Shown: piece after piece, positions 8,581-20,100 of the stretch
Numbering within the stretch: position 1 is the stretch's first letter
Layout of the letters: every line of letters begins with the position of its first letter
Virus record (IMG/VR): IMGVR_UViG_3300014775_000700
Coordinates: 1 to 36,297 of that record
Direction: 5' to 3' (one strand)
Length of the DNA stretch: 36,297 bases
Origin: a virus
Taxonomy: Duplodnaviria > Caudoviricetes
Notes under the pieces: model-generated
Told to the model about the DNA's origin: nothing
What the model saw: only the letters and a program-made list of their open reading frames with translations
Database searches by the model: none
Made by a program: the position numbers and the translations under genes

Positions 8581-10203
8581 ATGACTAGAGTATCAGAAGT
8601 AAGAGATGGTGCATTTGATCCTGAAGCGGCCGTAAGCCGAGTAACAGGGTTAACCGGCATAAGAACTGAACAAGTTCAAGCAGCAGTAAACAGTGTGTCC
8701 AATCTTGCTGAAGGCGGTATTGAAGGAATAGCAAATGCTGTTAGTGATACTGTTAACTCTCTTGCAACTTCTGCACAACAACTGTTTGATGGGTCGTTTG
8801 ATTTAGAACAAGCACTAGGAAGTGTAGCAGAACCTTTTAGATCTATATTTGAAGCAGCTGGCGCAACTCTTGATAGTGCTAGATATCCTTTTGTACACCC
8901 AGAAGATTGGATAGATCAAGGAAGAAAGTTTGGAATATGGACTTTTGAAACACAAAGACAATATGAAAACTTTGTTTTTAATCAACACATGCCTTTTGCT
9001 TCTCCTACTAGAGGAAACTGGGTTATTGTTCGTAATAACAGCACAGGCGGCACTGTTTATGGCTTGTTTTACATAGGAGAGTTTTGGGTACAATATTCTG
9101 TAGACGAAATGGTTGCAGGTAATATTATTATTAGAAGTGATCACCCTGCTAGACTTAACAATCTAACAAGAACAGCACCAGAAGCTCAGTCTCCTAGTCA
9201 AGTAGATCCAAATGCAGAAACACAGGGCACAACGTTACCTGCTGAAACCAGTCAGCCTAGAACTACACAAGGGATAAGAATAATAACTAGTGCTAACTTA
9301 GCAGCAATAGCACCAGATGATCCTTTGCGTCCAACAAGACAAAGCTATCAGCAAGCTCAAGGACCAAGCGATGTAACAATAACTGATGCAAACTATGGTC
9401 TTTCTAACGTAAATGGTGCAGGTCCTACAAATATACTTGATATATTAGGACAAGAACTTGTGTTAACACCTGATACTTTTTTACAAGGTGTACAAGGCGG
9501 ATTAAGTGATGTAGTATCTCAAATCGGTGGTAGTTTGTTTAATCAGTTTTTAGGAGCTCTTCCGCAAGGAGTGCAAAACTTTTTAAATGCTACAGGTTTG
9601 ACTACACAACTTCAAGAAGGTATTAACAACTTATTCGGCGGAAATCGCAATAATAGTGCCAGCCAAGCATTACAAGGTTTAACTGATACACAAAAAGAAG
9701 CCATTGAACTTTTAGAAAGTGAAAAAATGCAAGAAATAGCAAGGCGAGTGCCTAGTTCTATTTCACAGTTTCAACGACTACAAACAGCTTTGCAAAAATG
9801 GAATAGTGCTATAGAATCAAGCGTAACAGATCCAGAAGTTAAAAAGTACTTTTTAGATCGTGCAAACAAAATAGCAAATGGACAAGATCCTGGACCTGTA
9901 GATACTGCAAAGCTAGAACAACTTACTTCACAAGGCGGTGTTGAGTTTGCTGAAAATCCAGCAGCATTGCTTGCAGATATAGCTAGAGCAGCCGAAGAAG
10001 TACACAACAAAATCAGTAGAGAAGTTTCAGATGAAACTTTCTTAAAACTAGGAAGTAGTGCAGCTATTGCAAGTTCAGAACTTTCGCAAGTTTTTGTTAA
10101 AAACGATGAAGGAAAATGGATCTTTACATTAACACCTGAAGAATACGCTGCAAAACCCAACTTTACTTTTGAAGTTGAAGACGGTGTTATTGTAGGAGAA
10201 TAA
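8581..10203 (+). CDS. Hypothetical protein (540 aa), probably virion-associated
   Basis: Long ORF in the structural operon with GAGG RBS and codon style like its neighbours. No family recognised. Confidence 0.7.
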   Translation: MTRVSEVRDGAFDPEAAVSRVTGLTGIRTEQVQAAVNSVSNLAEGGIEGIANAVSDTVNSLATSAQQLFDGSFDLEQALGSVAEPFRSIFEAAGATLDSARYPFVHPEDWIDQGRKFGIWTFETQRQYENFVFNQHMPFASPTRGNWVIVRNNSTGGTVYGLFYIGEFWVQYSVDEMVAGNIIIRSDHPARLNNLTRTAPEAQSPSQVDPNAETQGTTLPAETSQPRTTQGIRIITSANLAAIAPDDPLRPTRQSYQQAQGPSDVTITDANYGLSNVNGAGPTNILDILGQELVLTPDTFLQGVQGGLSDVVSQIGGSLFNQFLGALPQGVQNFLNATGLTTQLQEGINNLFGGNRNNSASQALQGLTDTQKEAIELLESEKMQEIARRVPSSISQFQRLQTALQKWNSAIESSVTDPEVKKYFLDRANKIANGQDPGPVDTAKLEQLTSQGGVEFAENPAALLADIARAAEEVHNKISREVSDETFLKLGSSAAIASSELSQVFVKNDEGKWIFTLTPEEYAAKPNFTFEVEDGVIVGE

Positions 10204-10206
10204 ATA
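10199..10206 (+). promoter_or_regulatory. Putative late promoter (AATAAATA)
   Basis: Overlaps the upstream stop codon and ends 4 nt before the gp25 ATG. Confidence 0.5.
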
Positions 10207-10210
10207 CGTT

Positions 10211-10651
10211 ATGGCTACTAATGATCAACCACTTTATAAAAACATCACTATTACACAAGATTCCTATAGTGAACCAAACTATAGCAAACGCTATAGAGGA
10301 ATCAGCACGGTTAATCCTGAAGCCAATAGTTATAATCTATACGACTTTGAGTTGATCAAACAAGATATAATAAATCATTTCCATATACGTCAAGGCGAAA
10401 AACTAATGAATCCAACTTTTGGAACTATTATATGGGATATATTATTTGAACCTTTAACCGATGATATTAAAAATGCGATCATTAAAAATGTTACTGATAT
10501 TATTAACTACGATCCAAGGGTTAGAGTGCAAAAAGTTAATGTAGATGCTTATGAAAGTGGTATACAAATAGAAGCTACTCTTACATATTTGCCTTATAGT
10601 ATCAGTGAAACTATGCGTCTGACATTCGATCAAAATGCGGGATTGATTTAA
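10211..10651 (+). CDS. gp25: Baseplate wedge subunit gp25 (GPW/gp25 family)
   Basis: Motif IKQDIINHFHIRQGEKLMNPTFGTIIWDILFEP...YDPRVRV. Confidence 0.9.
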   Translation: MATNDQPLYKNITITQDSYSEPNYSKRYRGISTVNPEANSYNLYDFELIKQDIINHFHIRQGEKLMNPTFGTIIWDILFEPLTDDIKNAIIKNVTDIINYDPRVRVQKVNVDAYESGIQIEATLTYLPYSISETMRLTFDQNAGLI

Positions 10652-10671
10652 GTACGCACTTTATTAATCCA

Positions 10672-10679
10672 GATAAATA
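10672..10679 (+). promoter_or_regulatory. Putative late promoter (GATAAATA)
   Basis: Intergenic, upstream of a GAGGA RBS and the gp6 start. Confidence 0.65.
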
Positions 10680-10703
10680 TACTAAAGTGAGGATTGGTGC
10701 ATC

Positions 10704-13700
10704 ATGTCAACGACCGATAGGCAAAATAGATTACTTCTAGCTGAAGACTGGAAGACAATATATCAAAGTTTCAAGTATGCTGATTTCCAAAGTTATGACT
10801 TTGAAAATCTAAGACGTACTATGATTAACTATATTAGGGAAAACTATCCTGAAGATTTCAATGATTATATTGAAAGTTCAGAATATCTAGCTCTGATTGA
10901 TTTGATTGCATTTCTTGGGCAAAACTTAGCATTCCGCACCGATCTAAATGCTCGTGAAAACTTTATCGAAACAGCAGAACGTAGAGAAAGTGTTTTACGA
11001 CTAGCAAGACTTTTATCTTATAATCCAAAAAGAAATGTACCTGCATCAGGACTGCTAAAAATAGAAAGCATTAGCACAACTGAAGATATTTTTGACAGCA
11101 ACGGAAATAACCTAAGCGGACAAAGCATCTTGTGGAATGACGGTACAAATCCTGATTGGTACGAGCAGTTTACAAAAGTTATAAATGCATCTTTACCTGT
11201 AAGTAATAGATTTGGAAGACCTATTAAAAAGTCTACAATCGAAGGTGTTGTTACTGAACAATACAGAGTAAATGGTACAAATACAAATGTACCTATATAC
11301 AGTTTTACAAAAAATATTAATAACAGAAATACTCAGTTTGAAATAGTAAGCACTGGTATTGATGTAGAAAACAGCACAATATATGAAGAAGATCCACTAC
11401 CTGGAAACAAGTTAGCATTTGTATATAGAGATAACGGACAAGGAAGTTCTAGTGCAAATACTGGATTCTTTATGTATTTTAGACAAGGTAGACTCAACAA
11501 CAGTACATTTGAAGTAGCAAATGCAGCACCAAATACTGTTGTTAATCTTGATGTTGATAATATAAACAACAGCGATGTTTGGTTATACAAACTTGACAGT
11601 GCTAACAATGAAGACACATTGTGGACAAAAGTAGATGCTGTTGAAGGTAACAACATTATCTATAATAGTATTACAAAAGACCAAAGAAACATCTACAGTG
11701 TTTTAACACGTATTAACGATCGTGTAAGTTTAATATTCAGCGACGGCACTTTTGGTACACTGCCTAAAGGTGCATTTAAAGTTTACTATAGAACAAGCAA
11801 TAACAGAAGCTATAGAATAAATCCTGATGATATGATTAGCATCAGTATTAATGTTCCTTATATCAGTGTATCAGGTAGTACTGAAACACTTAACCTAATA
11901 TTAGAACTAAAAAGTACAGTTGCAAACGCTGCTCAAAGTGAAGATAATAACAGTTTAAAATCAAATGCGCCAGCAACTTATTATACACAAAATAGATTTG
12001 TAACAGGTGAAGATTATAATATAGGACCTCTTGGTATTAGCCAAGAAATAATAAAGGTAAAAAGTATTAACAGAACCAGTAGTGGTATTAGTCGTTATTA
12101 CGATTTAAGAGATGCTACTGGAAAATACAGCAACACAATGTTGTTTGGCGATGACGGAAGTTTGTATAGAGAAACGTTAGAAAAACTAGAAAGTTTTGAG
12201 TTTACAACAAGAACAGACATACAAGCAACTATTAACAATCTGATTTATCCTATATTAAAAAGTTCTTATGTACGTAACTTTTATTACACAAACTTTTCTC
12301 GTAATGAAACTATTAGACAAAATAACTATGAGTGGAAAAAAGAAACATTAGATACAAACCGTACAACTGGTTATTTTGTAGATCAATATGGCATTGCAGT
12401 GCAGCTTGGTTCATTTACTCAAGGTATTGCAAAATATGTTGAACCTGGCGCTCTTATAAAGTTTGTTCCGCCTGATAACAGCTATTTTGACAAAAATAAT
12501 GATATTAAAAGTGGTACGCCTAGTGTAAAAGGTGACAAAGCATATATTTGGTCAAAAGTAATAAGTGTAGAAGAAGCAGGAACTGTGGTGAATACTACTA
12601 CTGGTTTAGGACCAGTGGTATTCAACGATGATATACCAGACGGTGCATTTATTGCAGAAGTAATACCTGTTTTAACAACTACAATAAACAATGATACAAC
12701 AAGACAAATAGTAGACCAAGTATTTGCATACAAAACATTTGGTTTAAGATATGACACTGTTACTAGACTTTGGAAAGTTGTTTTAAATAACAACCTTGAT
12801 AGTACCAGTGACTTTAGTTTGGGTAAAACCGGCGATGCAAGTAACCAGCAGCTAGATGCAAGTTGGTTATTACTTTTTGAAACTGACGGTGAAAAATACA
12901 CTATTACCTATCGTGGATTAAGATACGTTTTCCAAAGTGACAAACAAATACGCTTTTATTTTGATGGTAACGATAAGATTTACGACAGTCGTACTGGAAA
13001 AATAGTAAAAGATGAAATCGTAGTTTTAAGTAACAACGAACAACCAGATAGTTTAGAACCTTTTACCATTGATTGGTCTTGGGAAGTAACCAAGGAGTTT
13101 AGAGATGCTGATGGATATGTTGATAGTAAAAAACTTGAAATAAGTTTCTTTGATAACGACAGCGACGGAGTTATCGATGATCCTGATCTGTTTAAGAATA
13201 TTGTTGCTCCGTCAAACAATCCAAATACAAAGTATATATTCAGTAAAAAATATACTAGAAACGGCACTGAAGTTTATGATTACGTAAATGCAGATGACGA
13301 AAGTATCACTATCAAAGCAAATGAAGCAGCAATAGGAGCTCATAGTTCTTACACAGATGGTGATGTAGTTTATATTATAAACAAAGATATTTTTAAAGTC
13401 TATAATGCATCAACTGACACTTTTGATCTAAGTGTTGATTACAAAGCATTTATAGGGCGTGAAAATATTAAGTTTAAATATGTTCATGCTGCAAATGAAA
13501 ATCGCAGAATAGATCCAAGCAGTAGTAATATAATGGACATTTATATGTTGATTAAAAACTACGATACAGAATACAGAAAATGGCTTAAAGGCGAAACAAG
13601 CACAAAACCATTACCACCTAGCAGTGATAGTTTATATCAAAGTTATGGATCAGATATTAACAAAGTTAAAAGTATTAGCGATGAAGTAATATATCATCCG

Positions 13701-14168
13701 GTGAAATATAAAAACATTTTTGGAAGCAAAAGTGACGTAGATTTGCAAGCAACATTTAAAATAGTAAAAAATCCTGATAGAGTTCTCAACGACAACGATA
13801 TTAAATCACGTGTAATAGATAGTGTAAACCAATATTTTGCTTTAGAAAACTGGGACTTCGGAGAAACGTTTTATTTTTCAGAACTAGCAGCATATATTAT
13901 CAACAAAAATGCACCTGATATTAGCAGTATAGTACTTGTACCTAGACAAGAAAGTCAGAGCTTTGGAAGTTTGTATGAACTAAAAAGCGAAAACGATGAA
14001 ATATTTGTTAGCAGTGCAACAGTTGAAGATGTAGAAATAATAGATGCAATAACTGCATCAAGACTAAAAGCAACCGGAGTTGTTGTTACAAGTGACGAAG
14101 TATTAAACACTGGTGTACAAAGTAGTTCAACAACATCATCATTTATTATTACCGGAGGAAATGGTTAA
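10704..14168 (+). CDS. gp6: Baseplate wedge subunit (T4 gp6 / baseplate J-like), extended to 1154 aa
   Basis: Motifs DFENLRRTMINY...DFNDYIESS...LIDLIAF...ENFIETAERRESVLRLARLLSYNPKR, FSDGTFGTLP and QNRFVTGEDY. Follows gp25. Confidence 0.85.
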   Translation: MSTTDRQNRLLLAEDWKTIYQSFKYADFQSYDFENLRRTMINYIRENYPEDFNDYIESSEYLALIDLIAFLGQNLAFRTDLNARENFIETAERRESVLRLARLLSYNPKRNVPASGLLKIESISTTEDIFDSNGNNLSGQSILWNDGTNPDWYEQFTKVINASLPVSNRFGRPIKKSTIEGVVTEQYRVNGTNTNVPIYSFTKNINNRNTQFEIVSTGIDVENSTIYEEDPLPGNKLAFVYRDNGQGSSSANTGFFMYFRQGRLNNSTFEVANAAPNTVVNLDVDNINNSDVWLYKLDSANNEDTLWTKVDAVEGNNIIYNSITKDQRNIYSVLTRINDRVSLIFSDGTFGTLPKGAFKVYYRTSNNRSYRINPDDMISISINVPYISVSGSTETLNLILELKSTVANAAQSEDNNSLKSNAPATYYTQNRFVTGEDYNIGPLGISQEIIKVKSINRTSSGISRYYDLRDATGKYSNTMLFGDDGSLYRETLEKLESFEFTTRTDIQATINNLIYPILKSSYVRNFYYTNFSRNETIRQNNYEWKKETLDTNRTTGYFVDQYGIAVQLGSFTQGIAKYVEPGALIKFVPPDNSYFDKNNDIKSGTPSVKGDKAYIWSKVISVEEAGTVVNTTTGLGPVVFNDDIPDGAFIAEVIPVLTTTINNDTTRQIVDQVFAYKTFGLRYDTVTRLWKVVLNNNLDSTSDFSLGKTGDASNQQLDASWLLLFETDGEKYTITYRGLRYVFQSDKQIRFYFDGNDKIYDSRTGKIVKDEIVVLSNNEQPDSLEPFTIDWSWEVTKEFRDADGYVDSKKLEISFFDNDSDGVIDDPDLFKNIVAPSNNPNTKYIFSKKYTRNGTEVYDYVNADDESITIKANEAAIGAHSSYTDGDVVYIINKDIFKVYNASTDTFDLSVDYKAFIGRENIKFKYVHAANENRRIDPSSSNIMDIYMLIKNYDTEYRKWLKGETSTKPLPPSSDSLYQSYGSDINKVKSISDEVIYHPVKYKNIFGSKSDVDLQATFKIVKNPDRVLNDNDIKSRVIDSVNQYFALENWDFGETFYFSELAAYIINKNAPDISSIVLVPRQESQSFGSLYELKSENDEIFVSSATVEDVEIIDAITASRLKATGVVVTSDEVLNTGVQSSSTTSSFIITGGNG

Positions 14169-14170
14169 GC

Positions 14171-17100
14171 ATGGCTTACAACGACGATCAAAACGAATAT
14201 CCAGTACCTACAAACGGAAACTCAACACGTAAAAGTTCTGATTTACTTCCAAGATATTTTAGAACTTCTACAAACAAAAAGTTTTTAGGTAGTACTTTAG
14301 ATCAGTTTACCAATCCTGGTGTTGTAGAAAAAATCAATGCTTTTGTAGGTAGTAGAGAAGCCAAAGCAGTAAAAATAGATGACAACTATCTAGCTGATAT
14401 AAGCAAAAATAGAGAAGCATATCAACTTGCTCCTGCTGCTGTTGTAAAAGACAACATAGACAATGTAACATTTTACAAAGACTACAATGATTACATTGGA
14501 TTGCTAGATAGCTTTGCGGCTAACACAGACAATCATAGTTCTTTAAACAGTCAAGAGTTTTATGCTTGGGATCCACATATTGATTTTGACAAGTTTGTAA
14601 ACTTTCGTGAGTACTACTGGTTAGCAAACGGTCCACAAGAAGTACCTATTAGAGGTCAATCAAAAAGTATAGTAAGCACATACAAAGTTACTCTTGTACA
14701 AGATGACGATAACTATGCATTTTTGTTCAATGATAACCCAGTAAGAAATCCTAAAATAAAACTATATAGAGGTCAAACTTATAGATTTGAAATAGAAACA
14801 CCTGGACATCCTTTTAGTTTAGCAACAAATAGAGCATTTGCTCCTGGAATAGGAATAGAAGACAGCAGTGTTATTAGCACATTGTACGAAGAAGGTGTTA
14901 CTTTAACTATAGACGATACAGATACACTTGTCAACAGAGCAGATTACATTCAAGATGGATATGTTGAAAAAGGTGTGTTAGAGTTTACTGTTCCTGAAAA
15001 CGCTCCAGACAGTTTGTATTATATTAGCCAATATTCACTTGATACAAGTGGACAGTTTCAAATATTCAACATTGAAGAAAACAGCGAAATCAATGTTGAG
15101 GAAGAAATACTTGGTAAAAAAACATACACTACTAGTGACGGCTGGAATCTAAGTAATGGTATGAAAGTATACTTTATTGGAAATGTTACTCCTAGCAAAT
15201 ATTCTACTGGACTATTTTATGTTGATGGCGTAGGCAGCAATATTACATTAACAAGTGTAAACGACTTGCAGGTGCCTGCAATCTTTACACAGGACTCTTT
15301 AGTACCGTTTGATGTTTATGGTTTTGATAGGCTGCCGTTTGGAGATGCATTAAGTTTTGCTGGAAGCAAAGATTATGTGGTTATGGCAAGAACCGATGGT
15401 GGTAAAAATGCTTGGGCAAGATACAATCGTTGGTTCCACAGAGATGTTATTGAAAAAAGTGCAGAAATAAACGGTATTGCTGATTTTGGCTTAGATGAAT
15501 CGTTAAGAGCAAAACGTCCTATTATCGAGTTTGAAAGTGGTTTAAGACTTTACAATCATGGAACTAAAACCAAACAGTTTGTAGACTTAGTAGATACGTT
15601 TACACAAGATGTCTTTAGCACCATTGAAGGAAGTATTGGTTACAACATAGATGGCATTGATTTAGTTGAAGGTATGCGTGTATTGTTTACAGGCGATCAA
15701 GACAGCTTTGTTAATGGTAAGATTTATGAAGTTAAGTTTATACTGCACAACAATGAAACACAAATCAGTCTAGTTGAGACTTTAGATACTCTACCAGAAC
15801 AAGATGAAACAGTACTTGTACGTTCAGGTAATGACTATGCAGGTCGTATGTTCTGGTACAATGGCACAGAATGGAAACTAGCACAAGATAAAACTGGACT
15901 CAACCAGTTTCCTAAGTTTGATATGTTTGATGTTAATGGCATCAGTCTTTCAGATGCAGATGTGTATCCAACATCAAACTTTAGAGGTAACAGAGTATTT
16001 GCTTATCGTGTAGGTGAAGGTTCTAACGACACAGAGTTAGGTTTTCCAATCAGCTATAGAAATATTGAAAACATTGGCGATATAGTTTTTGATTTTGATT
16101 TGCTGTCTGATACATATTCTTATGAAGAAAACAATGTTGTAAAAAATATAGACAGCGACACATGCTACCTAAAAAGATATAATATCAATGGCATAGATTT
16201 TTCATATGTCAATGCATGGAAAAAAGCTAATCGTAAAAGTAGACAGTTTGTTGTAAGAAAGTACACTGGCCAAGAAAGAGTAAACAAGTTTGCTATTGAT
16301 GTGTACAACAACAGCGGATTGTTGACTGATTTAGAAGTAAGAGTTTACATTAACAACGATTTAAAAATAGAAAATACAGATTATACTTTTGTTGTAGAAA
16401 ATAATATTAAAAAAATAAAGTTTACAAATAACATTGATTTAAATGATATTGTGATTATTAAAACATTTTCAAGTGCAGCAAAAAATAAAAATGGTTATTA
16501 TGAAGTTCCTAGCAACTTAGAAAGAAATCCATTAAATCAAAATATCGTAGAGTTTACTCTAGGACAGGTTAATGATCACGTTGATGGACTTGTTGCTGAA
16601 ATACCTAACTTTACTGGTGTACAACCAGGAAGAAATAATCTTAGAGATTTAGGAAATGTAAGTCAATATGGTAGAAAGTTTGTACAGCATTCTGGAAGTA
16701 TTGTTGGACCTCTTTACCATCTAGCACAAAAATCTAGTAACATTGTAAAAAGCATTAGATTTGCTAGAAATGAATATAGTAAGTTTAAAAAAGCATTTTT
16801 AAAAATAGCAACAGATACTGGGTTTGATGGACCAACCAAAGCATTTGTTGATCATGTTTTACAAGAGTTTGCCAAAGACAAAACAAAAAACATGCCTTTC
16901 TACAACAGTGACATGTTGGGCATCGGTGGTGCAAAAAAACTGACATACAATGTTTTAGACGAAAACAATGAATATTATGCTGTTAGCACACCTTTCACTC
17001 TTGACACTTTGTCAAGGAAGGCAATAAATGTGTATTTGAATGATGTTCAACTTATTCATAAAAAAGATTATGTATTCACAAGCGAAGGGTTTGTACAAAT

Positions 17101-20100
17101 AACAGCTACTTTAGCAGTAGATGATGTTATTGACATTTATGAATACGAAACAACAGAAGGCACATATATACCTCAAACTCCAACAAAACTAGGTATGTAT
17201 CCATCGTTTGAACCTATCAAGTTTGTTGATACAAGTTATGCTCAACCTACAGAAGTTATTAGAGGTCACGACGGTAGTTTAGTAGTTGCTTATGGCGATT
17301 ACAGAGACGATCTGCTTTTAGATTTAGAAAAAAGAATATACAATAACTTAAAAGTTGAATATAATACAAGCATTTTTGATATTTACGATTACATCGAAGG
17401 TGAAAATAGAAATGTAAATCTTAAAAAAGAAGATTTGAATGCTGTAATGATATCTGATTTTAACAAATGGTTAAAAACAGTAGGTAATCAAGATTATACT
17501 GATAATAGTTTTGTTACTCAAGGTGTACCTTTTACATATAACTACAGCAAAAGCAGCAGTCCAACTGGTAAAAAACTTCCAGGTTTTTGGCGTGCAGTTT
17601 ACAAACAAGCATTTGATACAGATCGTCCGCATACACATCCTTGGGAGATGTTAGGATTTTCATCGCAACCAACTTGGTGGCAGCAAGTTTATGGTCCAGC
17701 ACCATATACAAGAGACAACCTTATATTATGGCAGGATTTAGAACAAGGCGCAATCAAAGAACCAGGACAACCTGTTCGTAGATTGAAAAAGTTTGTTAGA
17801 CCTGGTTTAACAAATCATATACCAGTAGATGAGTTCGGTAGACTATTAAGTCCTCTGCAATCAAACTATGCAAGAGAGTTTAGTTACATTACAAGCAAAA
17901 ACATTAAGTTTAAGTTTGGGGACGAGGCACCTACTGAAACAGCATGGAGACGCAGCAGCGATTATCCATTTAGTTTACTAACTGCAATGCTATTAAATCG
18001 CCCTGCACAAGTTTTTGGTATTGGTTTTGAAAGAAGTTACATCACTAGAGATGTTGCAGGTAACCTTGTATCAACAATCAGTCATAAAAGACAAAGTTTG
18101 CAAGATACAGTATTTCCTAAAACAAAGACAGATGGTAATATAAACTTAACTTGTGGACTTGTAAACTACATATCTGCATTTATGTCAAACAATCTAACAA
18201 CAAGTTATGAAAACTACATTTTTGATTTGCAAAACATTAAAACTCAACTAGGTTTTAAACTTGGAGGATTTGCAGATAAATCAAAACTTAGACTTGTTTT
18301 AGACAGTAGAACTCCGTTAAACGAAGGTAACGTTTTTGTTCCTGACGAAAACTACAGTATATTCTTAGCTACAAGTAGCACTCAGGAAGTTGTTACATAC
18401 AGTGGTGTTATAGTTGAAAAAACAGGCAGTGGCTATAAAATAAAAGGTTATGATTTAGAAAATCCTAGATTTACATATTTGCCGCATCTAGTAACAGATA
18501 AAGATCCTGTGGTAAATGTCGGCGGCATTAGTGAGAGCTTCATTGAATGGTCAGAAGATAAAACATACGTTGCAGGCAAAGTTGTTAGATATGACGGTAG
18601 TTTTTTCAGAGTAAAACAAAACCATACATCAGGCAGCACATTTGATGCTACACTTTATAGTAAGTTAAGCGATCTTCCTTTAGTAGGTGGTAACAATGCA
18701 ATATTTAGAAAAAACTTTGCCAAAGTATCTACAACCTTAGAATACGGCTCAGTTCTAACTGATTATCAACAAGTTGTTGATTTCCTTTTAGGATACGGAA
18801 AATATTTAGAATCACTAGGTTTCAGTTTTGAATATTTCAATAGAGCAAATGAATCTATTGAAAACTGGACATTGATAACAAAAGAGTTTTTATTCTGGAC
18901 TACACAAAACTGGAGTGCAGGAACAGTTATTGCTCTAAGTCCTGGTGCAAATAATCTTACTTTTGAAAGAGATTATTATGTTGTTGACAATGTATTTGAT
19001 TCGTTGTATGATTACAGTATATTAAAAGTAAATGGCAGCAAGTTATCAAATGGTAACATAGGCATTACTCGTGATAATAGAAATATTTTTGTATTAGAAC
19101 CTAAAAATACTGAGGACGGAATCTACTTTGCAAGATTGCCGCTAATACAAAAAGAACATGCTGTCCTTATAGATAATACAACAGTATTCAACGATGTAAT
19201 ATATTCTCCTGAGCCTGGTTACAGACAAGAACGCATTAAAGTTGTTGGCTATAGAACAGACGACTGGAATGGTAGTTTGAACATTCCTGGATTTGTTTAT
19301 GACGAGGCTAAAGTAGAAGAATGGAAAGATTGGAAAGATTACAGCATTGGTGATCTTATAAAGTTCAAAGAGTTCTATTATAGTGCAAAATATAGTCATG
19401 CAGGAAAAAGCACATTTGATTATAATGACTGGACCAAGTTAGAAAGCCGTCCAGAAAGTTCATTAAAAGCAAACTGGGATTATAGATCTGCACAGTTTAA
19501 TGATTTTTATGATTTAGACACAGATAACTTTGATAGTGAACAACAACGTTTAGCACAGCACTTAATAGGCTATCAAAAACGTAAGTATTTAGAAAACATT
19601 ATTCAAGATGATGTTAGCCAATACAAGTTCTATCAAGGTATGATTCAAGACAAAGGTACTAACAATGCACTGACAAAACTTTTTGACAAACTTGGAAGTG
19701 CAAACAAAGACAGTCTTGAGTTTAACGAAGAATGGGCTATAAGAGTAGGTCAGTACGGCAGTATTGACACATTTGAAGAAGTTGAATATAAACTAGATGA
19801 AAGTCAGTTTAGAATAGAACCACAAACAGTTGAACTTGTAAGTTCAGTTGATATTACTAGAACAGACTTGGTATACCAATACCCAAGAAAAGATGTTTAT
19901 TTAGAATCAACAGATTACAATCATGCACCGTTTCCTACAACTTATTCAGCAGAAGAATACACAAAAACCGGTGGATATGTTAAACTTGATCAAATAAACT
20001 TTTTTGCAAAAAGCGAAAACGATATTTTTGCATTTGATATTAACAAGCTAGAAATAAACAAATACGTTTGGATACCACAAGTTAAACAAACTTGGGATGT

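Noticed and set aside
3683-14168. Bacterial contractile injection system (eCIS/T6SS) or tailocin locus
   Set aside because: Adjacent gp55, gp47 and gp46 genes and T4-type late promoters indicate a lytic phage genome.
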